From Eledone cirrhosa (Eukaryota), in contig OZ024748.1 of the NCBI GenBank assembly GCA_964016885.1, positions 58,528,001-58,592,000 of the forward strand: 64,000 nucleotides of DNA. The letters run 5' to 3'. Of this stretch, positions 54,511 through 64,000 are shown piece by piece (position 1 is the stretch's first letter; each line of letters begins with the position of its first letter). A program made the translations under genes and the position numbers. The notes below the pieces were generated by a model. That model searched no databases and was not told the origin of the DNA. It saw only the letters and a list, made by a program, of their open reading frames with translations.

Positions 54511-57500
54511 TTATTGATTTGTTAAATCTTTTTTTCCTTGAAAAGAAATGTTATTTCTTGCTACTGAATAACTGTCTAACTTAATACCAATACGTTGTCC
54601 CTGAATACTTGATTGGGTTCTGGTTGAATCTCAAATATATATATAAATGTGAGCGTCTTCCGTCCGTCCGCCATATAATGTGTGTGCGTGTATTTTTTTG
54701 TACATATGCATACATTTATATGTATGCATATGTGCATAGACACATGCACATACATTTACATACGCGTGAACGTGTTAAAAAAATCCTAGTATTTTAAAGT
54801 TCATTCTAACATTTTTATTTGCCAATAATTTAAGTTATTTTTAATAAAGGTAAGATATAGATTTCCGAATTCATGTCCGAATGGAGCTCTAATATTTTGA
54901 TCTATGTAATTCTTTTCCGTCTAAATCGACATATTTCTACCCATCACGAATTATTTTATATAATATTAAGATGGATGGCTATCATGAATATAATCAGTTT
55001 TTATAGTAAAAACATCTATTAATATGAGTACTACACTGTGTCATACATCGACGTAAGTTCACCGACTTGACACGGTCATCAGAATGGTGGATAGAATGCT
55101 TTGCAGTATTTGTTTCGAATCCCTTTACTGTGAGTTCAAATTCGCCCGAGGTTATTTTATTTTTTTTAATCCTTTGAATGTCGATAAATAATGTTCCAGT
55201 CTGCCAGTGGGTCCATTATTCCTTTCATCTTTCTTTCTGATACCATCCTTCTTAATGAAGGAAAAATAGGTTGTGATAAGACTTAAAGCGGGATCGGAAG
55301 CACCAGTTGTAAGCGTCGAATACAAGTGTATGTCATGACTGCTGCCCTAAGAATCCACGACGAGTTAAGCACCCATGGATAGATTAGTTACTTTGATGGT
55401 ATTATATTATTGTATATAATAGATTATATAGAATTATTAGTGTTGGTAGTGGCGGCGGTATTGGTGGTGGTGGCTGTGCTTAATACCTGACAGAGCTAGC
55501 ATGGGCGTTCAAACCATGGCCGTCTTATTTTTCCTCATACTCTATACACAATGGACGACATTGACAAAGTATCATCCAGCATTGAAGAATGTAGGGTGTC
55601 ATTTGACAAATATAAATGTGGCTGTTGTTTCTGCCAAAAGAAGCGCTTGACAGCACTTTCATAGCAATGTTCGATTTATATTAATAGAGATTGAATATAA
55701 AGATGGATGTTTCTCTATTGTATTATCTTAAAAGTAATTTTGCCCCCAGGTACTATGTATTCTTGAAAGAAGAATCACGATCTTCACGATAATCTTTTTA
55801 GATTAAATGTCATAATACGTTTGATTAAATAGTTTGCAGCAGAAGAATCTCGTAAAATTTATTCAAATAGATGACATTCACATGGAAATAATCGAACTGT
55901 TGTTATCATCGAATCATTACAAATGCTTGAAAGAAAATATTCACTGGAACATGCAAACACTTCATCAACTTCACTTGATAATCGGATGAGAGAACAAATG
56001 ATAGAAAACGCGTTCTGAATATGCACAAAACACGAGCAACAGAAGTTCTGACATCGAAGGTTACTGAAGAAGAAAATTGATTTATTGAGGTACAAGAACT
56101 ACAATATTACGTTCAGCTTCGAACGTCGAATACAGAATGGGTATAATCGAAGTATAATAAATTCTATGTTTAAAAGGTTTTTCAACTCAGATTTCATTTC
56201 TTTTTTATTGTTAATGTATGTTATATTTTTTGGGTCGTAATTAGGTCTTAATTCCCATAACCACTTGATGTTCCACCTATATGACTACCACTACCTTCTC
56301 TCCTCGAACACGTACTCATACATCACACAACACAATAACCCATCACGTGATGGTTCTCGTTTGCGCCTCCTGCATGTGGCTGTGAGTTCACGTGGGGCCT
56401 ATTGCAGGATCTCGCCCACCGTCGGATGAAATCCCTTGATGTTTCTCGATCGTGGTACTCTGTTCGCGTGGGATCTAGTACCGAGACTAGGTCACCATTA
56501 GATGAAATCACTAGATAGCTCTTGATTGGGCCTCCTGCGTGTGGTACTATGTTCGTGTGGGTTCTATTTCCAGAATTAGGTCGTCCTCGAAAGCGATTGT
56601 TTCCCAATATATATTCCAGTCCCCAATAAATCCCTCCACATAATCAATGACTTTACATTTAGCATTTCGGCTGTCTGTGGTTGTATAGTAGAAGCATCGT
56701 AGGTGATGCCTTGTGATATCTCTTACGGCCACACCGCCTACATAGAACATATTGACGTACGAACATATGCCACCTCTTTACTTTCCTACATAAGAACGTC
56801 TCTACTTGTATATCGTATGTGAGCCTGTTTGTCTAAGCAGAAGCACAAATACAAGATCAACTGGGCTTATACGTGTGAGTGTGAATATACTGATACACAC
56901 ACATGTGCACCTACACTTGTCAAGATTTGTCATTCCTTGTGTTAGTTTTTTCAAGCAACGCCAGCATTGTCATGGTCTGGCCCATACCAGACCTGCCTAA
57001 CTTCCCATAGAAGCAAACATACACACGCATACACATACAAATTCGGACGGGGGCACACACAGAGAAACACACATGCTCATATTTTAACTCAAAATATGTA
57101 AGGTTCATCTATTTCTCTCTCTCTTCTTCTCTATTAAACCTCTCTCATATTTAAGATACATTCTGACCTTCACCTCTACGAAATGGCTGATTAAACACAA
57201 GTTCATATATGCCTACATAAACACGATTGTGTTGTTATTTTTATAACAGATGTAGTAGGGAATTCAGCCAATGTAGGAAACATCGTATGAGCGATTATTG
57301 TATCAGCAGAAAAGTAGAGATAGTGTTATTTCTAGTATGTTAAATTCTGTACGCACGGACACACACACATATATTTACAGACACGTTCGTCCAGGCCTTT
57401 CACCTGTGAAAATGAATTGCTGAAACTGCGGCATACACCAAATGTAGACTACCATCACATCACTTTATACTCTCGGTCGCAGAATGCGCGACTGAAACTG

Positions 57501-57995
57501 GATGAGCTTCGATTTTGGCATGGTTCATGTTTAGTCGGCTTCTTTGATGAAACTCAAGACTAATAATCAGAGTTACATGTGAGTGTATTTGCTTGCCTGG
57601 TTTTGTGTGTCCATGAATGAAATATATGTATGCACACATCCGTGTATATATTAATCAAGACATATTTGACCTACCGCTGTGTCAAATGCATTTTGATATT
57701 ACTTATAAAATCACTTTACTCACAATATTTGCCAAACCTGATTTTCTAGAAAATTAAAACGTACACAGAAATTCACTTAAATTGAATTCTCTAGTCCTGG
57801 GTGCCATTAAAATTGATAACCTATTGCATATATTTCCTGAATACTTCATTTTATATAACCTGCTTCAGTACATTTGAGATATATTGCCAACTAGTTACTT
57901 AAAAAGCAATATTTTCAATGGATTCAATTAATTTCAGTGCTAAATATATTTCATGACAAAACCACATAATATATTTCATAACCTTGTAGGTGCAG

Positions 57996-58483
57996 TTTAT
58001 TCAATTATCTTAACATAGTTAAGAGGTGCCGAATAGTCAATATGTTTAGCGTGTCATATTCCATACCTCAATACTTGTTCCAGCTGTCTGCGTTCTATGT
58101 TCTAATTCTACAGCGGTTACTTTTTGTCTTTCGTAATTTCCGTATCGATAAATAAAGTACATATACAGTACCGAGGTTGATTCTGTCTCCCCTCTCTCTC
58201 TCTCTATATATATATATATACTAGCAGAATGGCCCGGCCTTGCTCGAGACTTGCTCTAGGGTTTTTATATATTTGATATATATTTATCCTTATCGAGCCT
58301 CGTGAAATAAATGCGTTTGTTTATATTTTGTTATTGTGTATGCAAAAATATCTGTACACGAATATATAATTATATAGAACATAGAGCGCAGACAGCTGGA
58401 ACAAGTATTGAGGTATGGGATATGACACGCTAAACATATTGACGATTCGGCACCTCTTAACTATGTTAAGATAATTGAATAAA
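57996..58483. repeat. Inverted duplication of ~109 bp of unique-looking DNA
   Basis: 57996-58104 is the reverse complement of 58375-58483 with few mismatches. Confidence 0.92.
58221..58250 (-). mobile_element. Helitron-like 3' terminus
   Basis: Minus strand ctcgagcaaggccggg (imperfect hairpin), then ccattctg-CTAG|T. Confidence 0.6.
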
Positions 58484-58491
58484 TATATACA

Positions 58492-59385
58492 TTGGCTCCC
58501 TACCTTTTTATCATGGTAGTGGACTATTGTATGCCCCTTGCACTGGAGAAACACCGGGACTCTGGCTTTACTGTAGCACCAGCTCAGAGGAGGAGAGTTA
58601 AAGCGGAAAATATATCGGATGCTGAATTTGCCGACGACATAGTTTTAGTGACAAATACAGTGAAGGAGGGCGAGGATTTGATGCAGGAGGTTGAGACTGT
58701 GTCGATGAGTGTGGAGTGAGAATGAATGAGACTAAAACAAATATCTGGTAGAGAATGTTGAGAAGCCAGAGGGGATCACTAATGTTGGCGGGAAGGCGCT
58801 AGAATTGGTCGAGGACTTCCTGTATTTGGGAGCAAAGATAGGGAATACGGAAGATGATGTGGTTGAGAGGAAGAGCAAACCCTGGGCGGCGTGCCACAGC
58901 TTGAGATCGGTGTGGAAGTCGGATCTTCGTAAAGCCCTGAAATTCCGCCTCTTCGTTGCTGTAGTGGAGTCTGTGCTGCTGTACGGGTCTGAGACTTGGA
59001 CACTGACCAAGAAACTCACTCAGATTGTGGATGGGTGCTACACGAGAATGCTGAGGATGGCTCTAAACATTAATCAGTGTACACTGAGGATGAAAAACTC
59101 AGAGCTGTAACTTTGAGCCTCCCAAAAGTCAGCTCAAAAGTGACACAGAGTAGACTGAGGTTAGCTGGAGATGCCCACCGACATCCAGAGTTGACATTGT
59201 ACTCAGTGCTCCTGTGGGAGCCCCTATATGGACACACTGGAAGAGGAAGACCAAGGTTAACGTATGTTGATGCCCTAAGGTCAGACACTGGTCTGTTGGA
59301 GACGCAGGAGATGACAGCGATAATGAGCGACAGAGACTTCTGGAGTGAACTCGTCCATGGATCTCAGGGATTTTACCCGCCCTAG

Positions 59386-59394
<9 letters not shown>
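58492..59394 (+). mobile_element. RTE-clade LINE, 5'-truncated
   Basis: LAPYLFIMVVDY, DAEFADDI, FLYLG, VESVLLYGSETWTL, RLRLAG and GRGRPRLTYVD motifs, with an A-tail. Confidence 0.93.
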
Positions 59395-59454
<60 letters not shown>

Positions 59455-59734
59455 TAACAGATTAAAGTTTAAGCAATGAATCGGTTCTTTGACTGTTAAT
59501 GGGATCTCCTGAAGCTAAAAAAAATCAATCTGTGAACGCAGAATTAAATATTTCGAAAAACGTTACACACTATATATACATATATATACACACACATACA
59601 CAGCGTCATAATGTCGTAATGCAGAGAACCAGACATACAGACAGATATTATAAGGGTTCAACGTTATATCTATATATCTATCTTAAAAGAAAAACTAGGA
59701 ATTATAGAATGAGATTGCTAAATCACCTAATACG

Positions 59735-59867
59735 GTCCTTAGGCCATTGAAAACACTCACAGGACCATAAGTATTACATGTCTAAACTTTCAAATCAATC
59801 GGTTGGGTGGTTCTCGTGCTTTAGGGAGTCAAACAGACAGACATTCTCTGTTTTAGATATATATAGA
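59735..59867 (-). mobile_element. Helitron-like 5' terminus
   Basis: Minus strand A|TCtatatatatctaaaacagagaatgtctgtctgtttg...aaccgattgatttgaaa resembles non-autonomous Helitron 5' ends (recalled pattern, not aligned). Confidence 0.45.
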
Positions 59868-60469
59868 TATATATTATAAGAACAGATTAAAGTTTAAGCA
59901 AAGAATCGCTGCGTTCACCCTTAATATTACTAGTTTTATTATGATAGTCAAGTTGGAATTTGAACATATGTATTTTGGGAGAGGCAGTCGTTATGAGGTA
60001 GATAGAAAGAAAAGGTATTTTATAATTATCCACCATTCATATAACAGCTACGTCTCTCTCTCTTTCACACACACACACACATACATACATACATACACAC
60101 ACACACCCGCGCACTTTCAGTATTTGTCACAGACACACACTCACGTTCTCTCCTCATTCTCAGTTATCCTTTGGAAATTAATCATTTGCGGGTATCCAAC
60201 ACAAAATGTAAATGCCTACGAAGTTTCAGGATCGTTCCACTACCTCTTGCTCGAGATTTATGTTCTCTTTCTTTTTTTTTTTTTTTTCTTGTATGCGGCG
60301 TGTGCAACATATATATTTAAAGAAACCAGCAACCAATTCAATTGTTAAGCAACTGGGAAAGTTGTACAGAAATATGAAGAGGCACAGGTTTCTGTCATTT
60401 ACTCCAACATCAAAATGTACATTTGTATAAAGGACCCAGTGAGATAGATATTTAAATTCCCCAACAAGT

Positions 60470-60680
60470 CTTCTTCTTCTTCTTCTTCTTCTTCTTCTTC
60501 TTCTTCTTCTTCTTCTTCTTCTTCTTCGCCAATTTATTCCTGAGATGGTCGTCTTATGGGGCAGTTCTCAAACACTTCTTCCAGCGGGTCCTGTCAGAAG
60601 CAAACATTTCCCAATGTTCCGGCTGGATCCCCAAGCGAGACCAGCCAAGCTCATGGATGTTATCCAACCATCTTGCTCTG
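60470..60680 (-). mobile_element. RTE-type LINE 3' end with (GAA)n tail
   Basis: The (TCT)n run at 60470-60526 is the tail. Minus strand RARWLDNIHELGW..DRTRW; homologous to 344-508. Confidence 0.7.
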
Positions 60681-60899
60681 AATCTTTATATGTTAAATTA
60701 ACTGGGGCTAGGGAATTACCTGAGATTTTGTTAGAGTAATTAATACAAATAGGAAACGGAAACTACCACGAAAGTCATTACATATGAGGAACTACTAAAT
60801 TAATTAAATAAATTATTGTAATTATAATAAATAGTATGATACACATGCTCCAATGAAAGGGTAAATATATCTCGGAGAAATTACTGTCTTAACGTTTTG

Positions 60900-61135
60900 C
60901 TCATGTCATCAGGGCCTTAAATATTACTATCGACATCTTTGAGGGACGAATACAGGGAAAAGGGGCCAGGGACGGCACAAAAGGATTTGGAGAGATGATA
61001 TTAAGGAATGTACAGGAAGGAGTTTGGCAGAATGTAGGGCAATGGCAAGAGACAGGAAAAGATGGAGAGTGCTGGTCCATACATCCATGACCTCTGACCC
61101 TCAAATATGTGGATGGGATGGAATGAGAAAGAAAA
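60900..61135 (+). mobile_element. RTE/BovB-like LINE 3' end
   Basis: HVIR..IFEGRIQGKR, then after a frameshift GRHKRIWRDDIKECTG..ARDRKRWR. Confidence 0.75.
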
Positions 61136-61649
61136 AGGAAGGAACTCTCAATAAACTGCAGAATGTTCATATATAAACTAGCTTTATGTCGTTAAAGTTT
61201 GTTGCGTAGCTTGAAGACAGATTTGATCGAGAATATTTACGACTAAAATCATACCAACTCTGCTACTATTGTCTTACTTAGACGTGTGTAAGTCTATATT
61301 ATATGAAGCGTATATTAGGTGAATGTTTATTTATGTTTGAGAATAGAAATAACTACGACTTATCTCGGGAGAAATTTCTTACATTAAATTCTTCTGTCAT
61401 ATCCGGTCATATTTTATTAATGTAACTATAGTGAGAGTCGACAGTGGGGTGTCAACTCTACGTAAGTGGCCGAGGATGTGTGTTCCATCAAAGACCATGT
61501 CCACACATTAGGAAAATTGCCTGAATATCATATATTCATATATCCTGACATGACTAATACAATTTATGTCAAGTACGTTCTCTCATCGCTTTGCTGAATT
61601 ATATCTACAATTTTCGACAGGGAAATTTCAGTAATCTGAAGTGGCGTAT

Positions 61650-61680
<31 letters not shown>

Positions 61681-61731
61681 AGAGGGGGAGGGAGAGAGAG
61701 AGCGAGAGAGAGTGAGAAAGAGAGAGAGAAT

Positions 61732-61835
61732 AATTACTTCTACAGGGCTAGAATTGTTTCATTCGTATGAAAACAACATGACATTCTTGACGATTTCATA
61801 CGAAATTAACTAATTTCGGTCCTGGAGAAGTAATT
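61732..61835. repeat. Degenerate hairpin with ~40-bp arms
   Basis: aattacttct.caggg...ttcgtatgaaa / tttcatacgaa...tcctg.agaagtaatt. Confidence 0.7.
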
Positions 61836-62137
61836 GCTATATATAATGAATATTATTATGCTATACCAATAGAATGAGTACATATTTTAAACTGTAGCTA
61901 CCTCCCGACACAACTCGAGAATCTACCTCTTATATATATAGTTTCAAAAGATCCCGTTAAGGGTGAAAGTAGCGATTCTTTGCTTAAACTTTAATCTTAT
62001 TTTAGTAAATATATATATATATATATATAAAGCTCAATGGATATTAAGATAATTTATACAAATATAAACGATATACAAAAGTTTTTTTTCATATATCTAG
62101 TTAAGAAACGACTACCATTATGTTTATATATATATAT

Positions 62138-62222
<85 letters not shown>

Positions 62223-62629
62223 AGTAATGAATTTACATACCTAAAGAAATAATCAAGCCAAAATTGCCTAAAGTTCAATGGTACGGTGGTTTCATGATAA
62301 CTTCCAGAAGACGATCCCTATAACTGATGTATTGATTGTTCTCAATCACCTATTATCGGGCATAATAACAATCATCACCATGACCAGGAAACCTCATTCG
62401 TCAGTAAAACCTATATGTCTTACTATATAATACTAGTTGTTGCTCAACTAAATATATGAAACATTTGTTGGTGTATATTTTAAATTTGTGTATATATGGA
62501 ACTAACACTTAAAACGGTAATTGCTCAGTCGTCGGACCACAAATCGTTATAATAAAACCTTACTCTACGCCCCCAAGTATCCAGTACTCTGTTAAGTAAC
62601 GATCTAACCAGTTTCAAACTGAATCCATC

Positions 62630-62670
<41 letters not shown>

Positions 62671-62676
<6 letters not shown>

Positions 62677-63125
62677 TAAAATAACAGATTAAAATTTCAG
62701 CAAAGAATCGCTGCTTTCACCCTTAACGGGATCTTCTGAAAGTAACAAAGTCAATCTGTAAACGCAGAACTGCATATTTCAAAAAACGTTGCAACCGTTG
62801 CGCGTATTGTTTTTCACCGCTCCTATTAATGACGTATTATATTCGTTTTTTCCCGTTCTTAGCCAGCGAACGTTTCCACGAACCAAAGTATCGTCTTCCT
62901 GTCTTCCTCCGGTTGCAACGTTTTTTGAAATATCCAGTTCTGAGTTTACAGATTGACTTTGTTAGTTTCAGAAGATCCCGTTAAGGGTGAAAGCAGCGAT
63001 TCTTTGCTTAAACTTTAATCTGTTATTTTAATAAATAATTGCTCTACGGTTCTTATATATTTGATATATATTTATCCTTATCGAGCCCTCTTTGGATTTT
63101 AGTCTTCAAATTTATTATTATTACT
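62671..63125 (+). mobile_element. Short PLE-like insert: inverted terminus, 112-bp body, direct terminus and tail
   Basis: 62671-62797 is the reverse complement of 62910-63037. The tail matches 23790-23873. Further fragments at 58260-58300, 59447-59543, 59878-59923 and 61940-62008. Confidence 0.85.
62964..63014 (+). ncRNA. Type I hammerhead-like motif, U4A variant core
   Basis: agttt-CAGAAGA-tccc-gttaa-gggt-GAAA-gcag-cgattct-ttgc-TT-aaact. All three stems can form. Confidence 0.65.
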
Positions 63126-64000
63126 ATATATATATATATATATATATATACACGTGTGTCTTTGGCTGTATGTGTGTGTTTTCATATACAATGTGTTTTA
63201 ATGTATCGTAAAGATAAATCATGCCTGACCATTCAATTGTAAGTTCTTAGATGTCTAATTTATTTCCATGTTAAGTCATAAACTCGACGCCAACATGACG
63301 TAGGTAGAAGCTTGCGTTTTATGTACATCATCGCTACAGAAAATATATATGCTGAGCATCTATGGAAGGAGTGGTGAATATAAGAAACATAGACATATGG
63401 AACAATAAGATGTCTAGAAGATACAATAGAAATAAGCTTAACAATGGCTTTTACTGAGATTAAAACGACATTGCAGAGTAAGATACTGATATCATGATAT
63501 GACCAATGTATTAATTGCATATCAGTATCGTTCAGGCTGTAAGGTCATTTGGAACGAAATGTTACATTATACAACAGCAAGTACTCTGTTTTGTATTATA
63601 CAATATCGTATTTCTTCTTTTTGCTCTTTGACAATCAGGACATTTGATCATAGATTTGTTTTCTTTCTCAGTTATATTGAAGTACCATGGCTCCTATATC
63701 TAATCGTGAAACGAATTTGTATGAATAAAACAACCGATATCATCGCAAATTAATTACCTTTCTGCTAGTAGCAACTATGAAATGTAATATATCTTATGCA
63801 ATGCTGTTTAAGGAATTTCGACAACAAAAGAGTCGCCTTGCTTATTAGACACACATGTGTTCGCTAGCAATCCTCTATATTTTTTTTATTTGATACACAC
63901 ACATATATATAAATATACGTATTTACATACATATACACAGCCGTGTATATATATACATATATATATACACACGGCTTTGAATGATTAATACTGGCAATTC

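Noticed and set aside
55046-55086. Minus-strand catt-CTGATGA-ccg..cggt-GAAC-ttacg-TC-gatg
   Set aside because: GAAA is broken, stem II is out of register, there is no (TA)n or PLE context, and it overlaps a decayed SINE head; it may be chance.
55860-56100. Purine-rich, coding-looking plus-strand stretch
   Set aside because: It has in-frame stops and no recognisable domain.

Overview
AT-rich eukaryotic intergenic or intronic DNA. It is most likely from a cephalopod (Octopus-like), inferred from the SINE family and the extreme (TA)n/(CA)n/(GA)n content. I found no convincing host protein-coding exon; most ORFs in the track are microsatellite artefacts. The window is a transposon graveyard containing: two large Penelope-like elements (PLEs) with GIY-YIG, one also with RT; a short PLE 3' end; RTE-clade LINE fragments; two CRE-clade fragments, one with a 5' inversion; about 20 copies of one tRNA-derived SINE; a mariner-type MITE; and probable Helitron ends. 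The main signal not shown by the ORF track is about 20 type I hammerhead ribozyme (HHR) motifs from about 10 unrelated sequence families, folded by eye. Almost all sit in tiny PLE-terminus (pLTR)-like inserts embedded in (TA)n tracts, and many of those inserts are fold-back palindromes. Variant cores occur: compensatory U3-A8 in two families and a fixed U4A in another. HHRs in PLE termini are established biology; the density, the variants and the palindrome architecture are what merit follow-up. All structures and coordinates were read manually and need computational confirmation.
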